A stretch of DNA of 64,000 nt, taken from contig JBEPZX010000004.1 in the NCBI GenBank assembly GCA_041640635.1, positions 32,279-96,278 of the forward strand, read 5' to 3'. The translations under genes and the position numbers were made by a program. The notes under the pieces were generated by a model. It saw only the letters and a list, made by a program, of their open reading frames with translations. It did no database searches and had not been told where the DNA came from. This document shows, one piece after another, positions 46,740 to 56,815 of this stretch. This DNA is from Aquificaceae bacterium (GTDB lineage: Bacteria; Aquificota; Aquificia; Aquificales; Aquificaceae). The stretch's first letter is position 1, and each line of letters opens with the position of its first letter.

Positions 46740-49202
46740 TTGTTAACACAAAAGATAGAATCCTTCATAAAGGATAGTAACATTGTACACAAAGAAATTA
46801 ACTGTACACTCCGTGAAGCTTTCAATGCAATAAAAGAAGGCGGCAAAGGTTATGTCCTTTTAGTAGATGGAAAGGTACCTAAAGGTATAATTACAGAAAG
46901 AGATAAAGTAGATCTTTTAACAAAAAATGTAGACTTGGAAAAACCAGCTATAAATTATGCAACCAAGAGGCTTATACAATGTAGACCAGATAGGATCCTA
47001 CACTATGCTATAGACCTTATGATAGAAAACAACATAAGGAGATTACTTATAGGGGATGAGAGTGAAATTCTAGGAGTGTTAACTTTAGAAGATATATTAT
47101 TCAAACTTAGCGTAGATACCTACGGAGAAAGTTTAAAAGTAGCCGAGATATTAAGTGAAAGAAAGTTAATTTATGTAGATCCCCAAACTAGCTTAAGAAA
47201 AGCTCTCGAGTTGATGAAGGATAATCGTATAGGTGCTTTACCTGTCTTGGAAAATTCAAGGGCTGTAGGAATAATAACCGAAAGGGATATAGTTAACAAA
47301 GTTAATCTCAATAATTTAGACATACCGGTAAAAGAATGTATGACAAGTCCGGTAATATGTGTTAGCCCATTGGAAAAGATTTCCAAGTGCGTAGAAATTA
47401 TGAAAATTCATGGTATAAGAAGGTTGTTGGTTGTAGATGAAAATCAAACACCTATAGGGATAGTAAGTTACAGAGATATATTCAAGAGTTTTAGGACAAC
47501 TAGGTGGAACTTCAAAAAGTATAGTCCCTTTAAAAGGGTTCTCGATCTACTACCAGAAATATTCATAGAGGTAGTAGATAACTATCAAGAGCAAGTGGTA
47601 TTGTGGGCTAACAAAAAAGCTTGGGAGACTTTTGGCAACATCGTAGATAAAAATATTACACAAATAATTCCAGAAAAGGATTGGGGTTGGATACATTACA
47701 AACTTTCAAAGGAAGAACACATACAAGGATTTAGGTTTAAAAAAAATGAGCATATATTAGAGCTCTCTGCTTCTTATATGAGTTCTGATGAGAATGTATA
47801 CAAAGGCAGGTACAGTATTTTTATGAGAGATGTATCCAAAGAGGAAGAAGACATTAAAGGCATTACTAAAGAACTAGACACTTACAAAAGGATAATAAAC
47901 TCCACTGATGATTTGATAATCCTTTACTCAGCCTTGGACTACAAGATAAACATGGCAAACATTTCTGCATTAAAAAGATTAGGATACACAGAAGAAGAGA
48001 TTAAGAACATGACTATTTTCGATATTATACATCCTAATTACCATCAAATAGTGAGAAGTAATATCGAAAAGATAATACGACAAGATATAAATGTTAGGGG
48101 AAGAAGAATTTATTTAGATGCATACTCAAATTTGGTATATGTGGACATAGTTGCAACAAAAGTAGAGCTCAGTGATCATGTTTATATCTTGGTTGTAGCT
48201 AGAGACGTAACAGAAAAAATAAAAATGGAAGAAGAATTACAGAAAAAAACTGAAGAATTGGGATTTTTGCATAACTTTGTAATTAGCCTTAACAGATGCT
48301 CATCTGAAGGAGAGGCTTACAACATATTGGCAAAGGCATTACTGGAAAAAATAGGTATCCATAGACTTGTAATTTACCAAATAAATCCATCTTTGAATGA
48401 CATACAGAATGTAATAGTATATGGAGATTCTCAGTATCAGCAATGCATTGAAGATAATATACATGAATGCAAAGTCATTTTAGGTGGAAGACCATTAGTT
48501 GTGAACAATCAAATGTTCGGTTGTCCTTTAATGAAAATTCAGCAAGGATCTTATGCATGTTTCAATTTAACTTCTTCCGGTAAGACAATAGCTATATTGC
48601 ATGTGTACGCCCAAGAAGAGAATTTCTTTAGTGACGAAAGGTATAAGTTTATAGAAAGTCTAGTTGATTCTTTTTCCCCATTCTTATCTAACTTGAGATT
48701 AATAGAAATGAATAAAGAACTTTCCATAAGGGACCCTTTGACTAACCTTTATAATAGAAGGTATTTGATAGAGTTTTTTGAAAAAGAATTAGAAAGATCA
48801 AAAAGGCTTGGTGATAAGTTAAGCATAATAATGATCGATATTGATAACTTTAAAAAAATAAACGACCTATACGGACATGTAATTGGTGATGAAGCTCTTA
48901 AGCTTTTTGCTAAAGTAATTCTAGAGAACATAAGAAGTATGGACATAGCTGGAAGATATGGAGGTGAAGAGTTTTTAATAATTCTACCCAATACCAATAG
49001 AGAAAACTCTATTTCTATAGCAGAAAGGATCAGATTGGAACTAAAAAGGAAAAGTGTACACCTCCCTTTTCATCTAACTGCAAGCTTTGGTATAGCTACA
49101 TTATTTGAAGATGGAGAGGATACAGATACACTTCTAAGGATTGCCGATGAGAGACTTTACAATGCTAAAAGGGAAGGGAAGGATAGAATAGTTTATTCAT
49201 AA
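46740..49202 (+). CDS. diguanylate cyclase with tandem CBS pairs, PAS and GAF-like domains
   Basis: GIITERD twice and IRRL twice (CBS); PAS ending in RDVTE; DPLTNLYNRR, DIDNFKKINDLYGH, RSMD I-site, RYGGEEF. Confidence 0.9.
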   Translation: MLTQKIESFIKDSNIVHKEINCTLREAFNAIKEGGKGYVLLVDGKVPKGIITERDKVDLLTKNVDLEKPAINYATKRLIQCRPDRILHYAIDLMIENNIRRLLIGDESEILGVLTLEDILFKLSVDTYGESLKVAEILSERKLIYVDPQTSLRKALELMKDNRIGALPVLENSRAVGIITERDIVNKVNLNNLDIPVKECMTSPVICVSPLEKISKCVEIMKIHGIRRLLVVDENQTPIGIVSYRDIFKSFRTTRWNFKKYSPFKRVLDLLPEIFIEVVDNYQEQVVLWANKKAWETFGNIVDKNITQIIPEKDWGWIHYKLSKEEHIQGFRFKKNEHILELSASYMSSDENVYKGRYSIFMRDVSKEEEDIKGITKELDTYKRIINSTDDLIILYSALDYKINMANISALKRLGYTEEEIKNMTIFDIIHPNYHQIVRSNIEKIIRQDINVRGRRIYLDAYSNLVYVDIVATKVELSDHVYILVVARDVTEKIKMEEELQKKTEELGFLHNFVISLNRCSSEGEAYNILAKALLEKIGIHRLVIYQINPSLNDIQNVIVYGDSQYQQCIEDNIHECKVILGGRPLVVNNQMFGCPLMKIQQGSYACFNLTSSGKTIAILHVYAQEENFFSDERYKFIESLVDSFSPFLSNLRLIEMNKELSIRDPLTNLYNRRYLIEFFEKELERSKRLGDKLSIIMIDIDNFKKINDLYGHVIGDEALKLFAKVILENIRSMDIAGRYGGEEFLIILPNTNRENSISIAERIRLELKRKSVHLPFHLTASFGIATLFEDGEDTDTLLRIADERLYNAKREGKDRIVYS

Positions 49203-49294
49203 GAAATCATTAATAGCTTATTAGTAAAATTAATAAAATTTGCTTCGATAAGCCTTTATAATTAAAATCATAAAGATTTTAAGGAGGTATAAAT

Positions 49295-49531
49295 ATGGCA
49301 ACAATTACACCAGACAAAGTACTTGATGCATCTGGATTAAATTGTCCGCTGCCTGTATTAAAAACTAAAAAAGCTATAGAAGAGTTACAATCTGGGCAAA
49401 TTCTTCAAGTTATAACAACAGATCCAGGAGCGAAAGCAGATATTCCGGCTTTTTGTAACAGAACGGGACATCAACTCGTTGAAACTGTGGAAGAAGGAGG
49501 AAAGATAATATTCTTTTTAAGAAAGAAATAA
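49295..49531 (+). CDS. tusA: sulfur carrier TusA
   Basis: LDASGLNCPLP, TTDPG. Confidence 0.92.
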   Translation: MATITPDKVLDASGLNCPLPVLKTKKAIEELQSGQILQVITTDPGAKADIPAFCNRTGHQLVETVEEGGKIIFFLRKK

Positions 49532-49545
49532 TGGAGGGGTAAACT

Positions 49546-50073
49546 ATGGAACGTTTAGCTATAATAGCATCTAAGGGTACGCTAGATATGGCGTATCCGC
49601 CTTTAATACTAGCTTCTACCGCTGCATCGTTAGGTGTTGAAACCGCTATATTTTTTACATTTTACGGCCTTAACATAGTTCACAAGAAAAAAATTAACGA
49701 ACTGAAAATTGCTCCCATAGCAAACCCTGCTATGCCTATGGCATTTCCACCTTCTATGCAAAACCCAATTACAAATACCATATCCTCTATAATTCCAGGT
49801 CCACCTCAAATAATGGGAATTATTCCAGGAATGACTGATTTAATGACTTTTATGATGAAAAAAAGCATTAAAGAGCATGGAGTAGCTAGCATTCCTGAGC
49901 TTTTAGAACTTTGTAAGGAAGCTGATGTTAAGCTAATCCCGTGTCAAATGACTATGGAACTTTTTGGTTACGAACGTGAAGATTTGTTAGATTTATTGGA
50001 TCCGCCTGGCGGAGCAGCAGCATTTTTCAATTACGTACTCGAAGCCGATAAACCAATGATAATCTTTGTATAA
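49546..50073 (+). CDS. dsrE2: DsrE2-type sulfurtransferase
   Basis: KGTLDMAYPPLILA, FFTFYGL, IPCQMTMELFG. Confidence 0.82.
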   Translation: MERLAIIASKGTLDMAYPPLILASTAASLGVETAIFFTFYGLNIVHKKKINELKIAPIANPAMPMAFPPSMQNPITNTISSIIPGPPQIMGIIPGMTDLMTFMMKKSIKEHGVASIPELLELCKEADVKLIPCQMTMELFGYEREDLLDLLDPPGGAAAFFNYVLEADKPMIIFV

Positions 50074-50084
50074 GGAGGTATATA

Positions 50085-50510
50085 ATGGCAGCACAAGGTT
50101 ACGAGAAGCTACTTTTTTATATTTTAACCGTTCCATTTTTTGAAAGGGCAGAGCCAGCTACAGGTGAGCTAATAAATCCACAAGCTGGAGCTCCATTTTT
50201 CTTAGCAACAGCGGCTACTACTATGGATTACGAAGTAGAAATGGTAATAACATCCGAAGCTGGATTTTTATTGATGAAAGATAACGCTAAAAAAGTTAAA
50301 GTTAGACCTGGTGTAGAGCAAACAGTTTATGACTTTATAAAGATGGCAAAGGAGGCAGGAGTGAAAATATACTTATGTGTGCCTTCTTTGGATCTTACTG
50401 AAGTATACAAAAAAGAAGATGTAAACACAGAACTCTGCGATGGGATAATAGGTGGTGCGGCATTTTTAGATAAATTGATGAGTGGTGAGTATGCAGTTGT
50501 TACATTGTAG
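50085..50510 (+). CDS. DsrE3-type sulfurtransferase
   Basis: APFFLA, AKEAGVKIYLC, GGAAFL; sHdr cluster context. Confidence 0.78.
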   Translation: MAAQGYEKLLFYILTVPFFERAEPATGELINPQAGAPFFLATAATTMDYEVEMVITSEAGFLLMKDNAKKVKVRPGVEQTVYDFIKMAKEAGVKIYLCVPSLDLTEVYKKEDVNTELCDGIIGGAAFLDKLMSGEYAVVTL

Positions 50511-50620
50511 CGTTAATATAAGCATATTCTTATATTCGTATAAGCAAAATTTATTACCGTATTTTGAAAAATGTCATACATTTTATAAGTGTAGTCTTTT
50601 AGATTTACAGGAGGTTTACC

Positions 50621-51346
50621 ATGGAAGGACATATATATGGTTATAACTTACCAATTTCCGAAAAGACCAAATCTGTACCATGGGAAGAGAAAGTTAGAAT
50701 TATTGAAGAAGTTAAATCTGACTTTCGTTTCCATGAGTATATTTTTGGGTGCTTAAACTGTGGTGTATGTACTGCATCTTGCCCTTCTAATAGATTTTTT
50801 GATTATTCTCCAAGGGAAATTGTTCAAAGGTTTTTGGAAGAGGATATAGAAGTTCTCTACGATATGATGCACGAATACATTTGGGCATGCTCCCAATGTT
50901 TCACATGCTGGATAAGATGTCCTTTTGTTAACAATCCCGGTGGGCTTGTAGCCATAATGAGAGAAGTTGCAGTAAGAAACGCCTTTGAAGCTACCAAGGA
51001 CCTCTTAAAACCTTATGGTCGTGTTCTTCTCAAAGTTATGACTACAGGAAACCAGCTATCTGCAGACATGCTACAGCCTGACTTCTTCCCAGACTGGGGA
51101 CCCAAAATGGCTGACAACATGGAAAACCTAAGAGCCAAGAGAATGGCTATACCCTTTGATGTAGGAAAGTCTGTAAAAACAGCATGGGAAGTATCTCTAG
51201 AAACTGCAATAGAAATGTACACTATATGGAGAGAAACAGGTATATTTGAAATGCTCGAAAAGCTAGATCCAAATCTATACAACGTAATAATGGACATCGT
51301 AGAGGAAAATGAAGAACGCTATGAAGATATGTATGGTGAAGAATAA
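50621..51346 (+). CDS. shdrC1: sulfur-oxidizing heterodisulfide reductase-like complex subunit C1
   Basis: CLNCGVCTASCP and CSQCFTCWIRCP. Confidence 0.88.
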   Translation: MEGHIYGYNLPISEKTKSVPWEEKVRIIEEVKSDFRFHEYIFGCLNCGVCTASCPSNRFFDYSPREIVQRFLEEDIEVLYDMMHEYIWACSQCFTCWIRCPFVNNPGGLVAIMREVAVRNAFEATKDLLKPYGRVLLKVMTTGNQLSADMLQPDFFPDWGPKMADNMENLRAKRMAIPFDVGKSVKTAWEVSLETAIEMYTIWRETGIFEMLEKLDPNLYNVIMDIVEENEERYEDMYGEE

Positions 51347-51391
51347 GCTCATTAAAGGGTTTAGTGCCCAAAAAAATTAAGGAGGTGTATC

Positions 51392-52744
51392 ATGGCACAC
51401 GTACATCATAGAAAAGAAGGAAGTATTCTTCAATACCCAGAGGTTCCACCATTCCCAACAAAGGAACCTATGGGAACAGCTCACTATGATCATATATTTG
51501 AGATAATGGAAGAGCTGGAAGCCAAAGGTGAAATTCTCATACACAGAATCACTCCCGAACATCAACCTATACAAGTTTACACAAGAACAGGTAGAATAAA
51601 GACTATTCCAACCAATAAACTTTGGCACCATAAATCTTGTGGTCAATGTGGAAACATCCCTGGCTATCCAGCATCTGTATTCTGGTTTATGAACAAGTTC
51701 GGTCTAGATTATCTCAACGAGCCACATCAGACATCCTGTACCGCTTGGAACTATCACGGCTCTGGAACATCTAACCCAGTAGCTTTGGCAGCCGTTTGGC
51801 TAAGAAACATGCACCAAGCATGGAAAACAGGCTATTATCCACTCATTCACTGTGGAACGTCCTTTGGTTCCTATAAGGAGACTCGCGAGCAGTTAATACT
51901 CAACAAAGAGCTTCGCGATGCTGTGAAACCAATATTGAAGAAGTTAGGAAGACTAACTGAAGATGGAAGAATCGTTATACCTCAAGAGGTAGTTCATTAC
52001 TCCGAGTGGGTCCACGCTATGAGATACAAGATTAAGGAACTTTATGAAACAGAAGGTAAGGCAAAGGGAATAGATGTATCTAATGTAAGAGTAGCCATAC
52101 ACAACGCATGTCACACGTGGAAGATGATAGCAGATGACTATCCTTACGATCCTGAGGTATACAATGGACAAAGACCAGCTGCTTCTACAGCTGTAATGAA
52201 GGCTCTAGGTGCTCAAGTAGTTGATTACTCTACATGGTATGACTGCTGTGGATTTGGTTTTAGACACATTCTGACGGAAAGAGAGTTCACGAGATCTATG
52301 GCAATACAAAGAAAATTGAAAGTTATTTACGAGGAAGTAAAAGCAGACCTAATAGTCACTCACGATACAGGATGTACAACCACATTCGAAAAGAACCAGT
52401 GGATAGGTAAAGCTCATGGTATGTACTATCCTGTAGCCGTTATGTCTGATGTTATGTTCGCTGCTTTGGCATGCGGTGCACATCCATTCAAAATAGTTCA
52501 ACTTTACTGGAACTGCTCTTCTTACGAACAACTTCTCGAAAAGATGGGCATTACCAACTGGAGAGAGCTCAAAAAAGAATGGGAAGACACTGTCAAATAC
52601 ATATCCGAACTTGAAAAAGCTGGTAAGTACGATGAACTCATGGAGTTCTTTAAAGAGTATGACCTATACGAACCATACAGCAAAACATCCACAGGTAAAC
52701 CTAAAGCTTCTGCAACAGCTGCAATGCCTTTATTTAAGTCCTAA
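51392..52744 (+). CDS. shdrB1: sHdr subunit B1
   Basis: HHKSCGQC, QTSCTAWNYHG, HCGTS, DCCGFG, HDTGC. Confidence 0.88.
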   Translation: MAHVHHRKEGSILQYPEVPPFPTKEPMGTAHYDHIFEIMEELEAKGEILIHRITPEHQPIQVYTRTGRIKTIPTNKLWHHKSCGQCGNIPGYPASVFWFMNKFGLDYLNEPHQTSCTAWNYHGSGTSNPVALAAVWLRNMHQAWKTGYYPLIHCGTSFGSYKETREQLILNKELRDAVKPILKKLGRLTEDGRIVIPQEVVHYSEWVHAMRYKIKELYETEGKAKGIDVSNVRVAIHNACHTWKMIADDYPYDPEVYNGQRPAASTAVMKALGAQVVDYSTWYDCCGFGFRHILTEREFTRSMAIQRKLKVIYEEVKADLIVTHDTGCTTTFEKNQWIGKAHGMYYPVAVMSDVMFAALACGAHPFKIVQLYWNCSSYEQLLEKMGITNWRELKKEWEDTVKYISELEKAGKYDELMEFFKEYDLYEPYSKTSTGKPKASATAAMPLFKS

Positions 52745-52752
52745 GCTTTCAT

Positions 52753-52770
52753 GGGGCACCTGCCCCTTTT
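52753..52770 (+). terminator. terminator-like hairpin inside the shdr operon
   Basis: GGGGC-ACCT-GCCCC followed by TTTT. Confidence 0.5.
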
Positions 52771-52792
52771 ATAAATGTCAAGGAGGTTAAAG

Positions 52793-53851
52793 ATGGCAAA
52801 GAGTGTACTGGTAATAGGTGGTGGACCAGCAGGTCTAAGCGCTGCTAGAGCCTTAGGTAGGCTTGGAGTTGAAACCATACTGGTGGAAAAAACCAACACA
52901 TTAGGTGGTAATCCTATTCAGAATCATTACCATACGTTGATTCCAAGGAAGTTAAAGCCCTCACAAGTTATTGGTCCCTATATAAAGGATGTGGAAAACA
53001 ACCCAAATATAAAAGTGAAACTAAACACTGAACTTGAAAGTTGTGATGGTGAGCCAGGAAGCTACAAAGTTAAACTTTCCAATGGAGAAACTCACGAAGT
53101 AGGTGCAATAGTCGTAGCTACAGGTTTTGAGCACTTTGATCCAAGAAGAAAGGGTGAACTAGGATACGGTATATTCCCTGATGTTATAACCAATTTAGAG
53201 TTAGAAAAAATGTTTTCTCAGGAAGGCAAGCTTTACAGACCTTCTAATGGGCAATTACCTAAAAGAGTAGCTTTTGTCTTCTGTGTGGGATCAAGGGATA
53301 GACAGCTAGGTGTAACAAACGTGCACTGCTGTAGGTATGGTTGTGCTTTATCTGGTCTTCAAGGATCAGAAATAAGGGAACACTATCCCGATGTAGATGT
53401 GTTCTGCTATTACATGGACGTGAGAACCTACGGAACATGGGAATATCCTTTCTATTGGGCGCCTCAAGAAAAGTACGGAGTAAGGTATGTAAGAGGTAGG
53501 ATAGCCGAAATAACTTACAGTCCAGCTGACGGAAGACTAAGAGTAAAACACGAAGACACTATAGTTCAAAGACCTTCAGAAGTACCTATGGATCTAGTTG
53601 TGCTAGTTTTGGGAATGGAGCCTTCACCTGGAACCAAAAAGGTAGCAAAAATACTAGGTTTGGCTCAAGACCCAGATAGCCAATTCCTAATACCTTCTGA
53701 AGAGTCTGGATCTAACATAGTGAGCAATAAGCCAGGTATATTTATAGCTGGTGCATGCAAAGGTCCAATAGACATAGAATCTTCCCTTTCTGAAGGTGAA
53801 GCAGCAGCCGCAGAAGCAGCAGCTTTCTTGGGTGCTAAGGTAACAGTATGA
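52793..53851 (+). CDS. shdrA: sHdr flavoprotein subunit A
   Basis: VIGGGPAG, IVVATG, FCVGSRD, HCCRYGC, AGACKGP; ATG at 52793 after AAGGAGGT. Confidence 0.9.
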   Translation: MAKSVLVIGGGPAGLSAARALGRLGVETILVEKTNTLGGNPIQNHYHTLIPRKLKPSQVIGPYIKDVENNPNIKVKLNTELESCDGEPGSYKVKLSNGETHEVGAIVVATGFEHFDPRRKGELGYGIFPDVITNLELEKMFSQEGKLYRPSNGQLPKRVAFVFCVGSRDRQLGVTNVHCCRYGCALSGLQGSEIREHYPDVDVFCYYMDVRTYGTWEYPFYWAPQEKYGVRYVRGRIAEITYSPADGRLRVKHEDTIVQRPSEVPMDLVVLVLGMEPSPGTKKVAKILGLAQDPDSQFLIPSEESGSNIVSNKPGIFIAGACKGPIDIESSLSEGEAAAAEAAAFLGAKVTV

Positions 53852-54588
53852 ATCAAAGAAAAGTAACTACACTCGATGATTTTTTAGTTAGAGATTACCT
53901 GATTAAGATACTGGGAGAAGGCGAGGAGTCTATTCAGGATTTTTATAAGGATCTCCTTGCCAAATCCCTTCTCTTTCAAGAAAAGTTTGCCAAGGAGAAG
54001 CTTCCTTCTATAACCAGAGAAGAGATGTTACAGATAATGGAGCATATGTATCCAACACGTAGAAGAAAGGAAAAAATCTTAGAAGAGACTGGATTAGATA
54101 AATTAAAAAGATCTATAAGCGATCTCTTATACGGTAAAGCTAACAGTTGGGAAGAAAGAACGGAAAAGTTTGTGAAAGAAGTACGAGGCTTAGATAGGAA
54201 GTTTGCTAAAGATATGGCATCAGAAATACTTCACTTTACGTTTCCCGACAAATACGTGCTTTGGACAAGCTGGATATGGGACCCTGAATCTGAAAGCGGA
54301 GCTGTAGTCTTTCTAAAAGAGGAACCACCCAAGAAACAAATGTATGGAGAAACTTACGAAGATTTTGAGCAAATTTATAAACAAGTACAGGAAAAGCTAA
54401 TAGATTTTGGTATAAAAGTAAAAGGATACTTATTTGTGGACATATTCTTAGCTATGATATACGCTACATACGTAGATTACATGAGTCTTTCCACCATGCA
54501 CAGCGCAAAAGGATTCTTCCCACCTGCTAGTTCTATAGCAAGACGTCTCCTTGGCATACTAAGAAATGAAGATATTTTGGAGGTGTAA
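53848..54588 (+). CDS. shdrH: conserved sHdr-cluster protein (sHdrH/Hyp)
   Basis: Position between shdrA and shdrC2; ASEILHF..P..Y.LWT.WIWD. Confidence 0.72.
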   Translation: MNQRKVTTLDDFLVRDYLIKILGEGEESIQDFYKDLLAKSLLFQEKFAKEKLPSITREEMLQIMEHMYPTRRRKEKILEETGLDKLKRSISDLLYGKANSWEERTEKFVKEVRGLDRKFAKDMASEILHFTFPDKYVLWTSWIWDPESESGAVVFLKEEPPKKQMYGETYEDFEQIYKQVQEKLIDFGIKVKGYLFVDIFLAMIYATYVDYMSLSTMHSAKGFFPPASSIARRLLGILRNEDILEV

Positions 54589-54591
54589 ACC

Positions 54592-55353
54592 ATGGCTATA
54601 CATGAGAGAAGCTTAGTAGAGCCTGAGAGAATTTTAAGAAAAGAAAGGCTTGTAGTGGACGGTATAGACGTCTCTGGAGACTGGAACCTAATAATACTCC
54701 CAAGGGTTATTAATGATTATGATCTTGATTTTGCAAAGGAAGTTATTAACTCTCCAGATGGTAAAACAATAAATCAATGCTATCAATGTTCTTACTGTAC
54801 AGCATCATGCCCAGTTCATAACTATTGGGATGAAAGGTACAATCCAAGACACTTTATATACCTTGCTAGACTTGGTATGATAGATGAACTCCAAAAACGC
54901 GCCGATGTAATGTGGAGATGTGTATCTTGTCACAAATGCACCCACAGATGCCCTAAAGGAGTATTAGTTGAAGAAGTCCTTAAAGCCATTCTTAGAACTA
55001 TGGCAAAGAAGGGATACATAGATGAGTATCCATCCAAAAAGTTTGACAAGTTCTTCACAGAGCAAGTTCTGGAATTTGGTAGAGTAGAAGATGGAGAGTT
55101 GCTGTTTGGATGGATAGAAAAGCAAGGTTATAACGTTTTCAAAGACCCAATACTCAAAAAACCTGTACCTTTCTTAGGAGAAGTTCCAGAATGGCTAAAA
55201 CAACTCACACTTAAGCCTATAAAGTCGATGAACATAAGCTTTTTAGTGCTCAACGCAAAAAATATGCTCTTCCATCCAAAAACTAAGAACTGGAACAGGT
55301 TTAAAAATGTTTTAAGAAAAGTAATGGAAGAAGAGGGAGTATTTTCCCATTAA
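54592..55353 (+). CDS. shdrC2: sHdr subunit C2
   Basis: CYQCSYCTASCP and CVSCHKCTHRCP. Confidence 0.88.
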   Translation: MAIHERSLVEPERILRKERLVVDGIDVSGDWNLIILPRVINDYDLDFAKEVINSPDGKTINQCYQCSYCTASCPVHNYWDERYNPRHFIYLARLGMIDELQKRADVMWRCVSCHKCTHRCPKGVLVEEVLKAILRTMAKKGYIDEYPSKKFDKFFTEQVLEFGRVEDGELLFGWIEKQGYNVFKDPILKKPVPFLGEVPEWLKQLTLKPIKSMNISFLVLNAKNMLFHPKTKNWNRFKNVLRKVMEEEGVFSH

Positions 55354-55364
55354 GGAGGTATAAA

Positions 55365-56324
55365 ATGGGTGTAATAGGTAAAAGAGTAGCATACTATCCT
55401 GGCTGTTCCTTAGAAGGCGCAGCTAGATCTTACGACGTATCAACTAGAATAGTAGCAAGGGAACTTGGGCTAGAACTTGATTATCTAGAAGATTACAATT
55501 GCTGCGGTGCTATGGAATCCAAAAACGTTACCTTTATGGGCACCATGCTACTTAACGCTCGCAATATGTCACTAGCTAGAAAGCAAGGTCACGATGTAAT
55601 AGTAGCACCATGCAATGGATGTTCCTTCTCTCTTCAGAGAGCTGAGTACTTTTTAGAGACGGATAAAGCTGTTGCAGATAAGGTAAATGCTTTGCTAAAG
55701 GAAGGTGGAGTAGATCCTCTAGATACTATACCTCATACATACCATATATTGGAGTGGTTTTATCACGAAGCTGGTCCTCAAAAAGTAAGAGAAAAGACAA
55801 AAAGACCTCTCAAAGGACTAAAGGTTGCCAATTACTATGGTTGTCTGTACACAAGACCACACTTCTATGCTAGAACATACTCACACGCAGGTGGACAGGA
55901 TGAAGAAGCAAGACCAAGAAGAAGGGAGACAGCCGACGATGATGAACGCCCACACTTTATGAACGATCTTTTGGAAGCAGCTGGAGCAACGAGTGTAGAA
56001 TTCGAACCTATGCATACACAATGTTGTGGTGGACCTCACTCACTATCCGATGAAATGGTATCCGAAAAATTTGTAATGATGATACTTCAAACTGCTAAGA
56101 GAAATGGAGCTGATATAATAGCTACAGAGTGCCCTCTTTGTCACGCATCTTTGGAAATGTACAGACATAGATTGATGATGAAAGGTGTTCCAGATGTGGA
56201 TGTTCCTGCAGCTTACTTTACACAGCTTCTAGGTTTGGCTTTTGGATACTCTGCAAATGATGTTAAGCTAAAAGATAATCTATCAGATCCAATTCCAGCA
56301 CTTAAAAGATTAGGACTTGCATAA
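55365..56324 (+). CDS. shdrB2: sHdr subunit B2
   Basis: YYPGCSL, NCCGA, PCNGC, YYGCL, QCCGG, ECPLC (CCG domains). Confidence 0.9.
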   Translation: MGVIGKRVAYYPGCSLEGAARSYDVSTRIVARELGLELDYLEDYNCCGAMESKNVTFMGTMLLNARNMSLARKQGHDVIVAPCNGCSFSLQRAEYFLETDKAVADKVNALLKEGGVDPLDTIPHTYHILEWFYHEAGPQKVREKTKRPLKGLKVANYYGCLYTRPHFYARTYSHAGGQDEEARPRRRETADDDERPHFMNDLLEAAGATSVEFEPMHTQCCGGPHSLSDEMVSEKFVMMILQTAKRNGADIIATECPLCHASLEMYRHRLMMKGVPDVDVPAAYFTQLLGLAFGYSANDVKLKDNLSDPIPALKRLGLA

Positions 56325-56335
56325 AGGAGGCTCAT

Positions 56336-56815
56336 ATGGGCTTAGGCAGTGGAGGTGCCCAGACCAATGAATGGGAATATAATGGATGTGTAATTCCATT
56401 AGACTTTTACTATGATATTGAGACACAAACTTGGGTGAAAATTAACGAAGATGGCACTGTAACAATGGGTCTAACAGATGTAGGTCAGGTAAGGTCTGGG
56501 CGTCTACTCCATGCCCGTATAAAGGACGTAGGTAAGTTTATAAAAAAAGGTAAACCTGTAGCTTCCTTAGAAAGTGGAAAATGGGCTGGACCGATAAACG
56601 CATTAGTAGAGGGTGAAGTAGTTGCAAGAAACGAGAAGGTTCTTGAACAGCCAGATATAATAAACTATGACCCTTATGGTGAAGGATGGATAGTAAAAAT
56701 GAAACCTGTAGATCTAGAGAGAGATATAAGGGACCTATTGTATGGACCACAAGCTATAGATAAAATGAAAGAGTATATAGATGAATGGGATATAATCTGT
56801 ATGAGGTGTACATAG
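56336..56815 (+). CDS. lbpA: lipoate-binding protein LbpA (GcvH-like), first copy
   Basis: LESGKW lipoylation site, DPYGEGWI, N-terminal NGC and C-terminal CMRC. Confidence 0.87.
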   Translation: MGLGSGGAQTNEWEYNGCVIPLDFYYDIETQTWVKINEDGTVTMGLTDVGQVRSGRLLHARIKDVGKFIKKGKPVASLESGKWAGPINALVEGEVVARNEKVLEQPDIINYDPYGEGWIVKMKPVDLERDIRDLLYGPQAIDKMKEYIDEWDIICMRCT

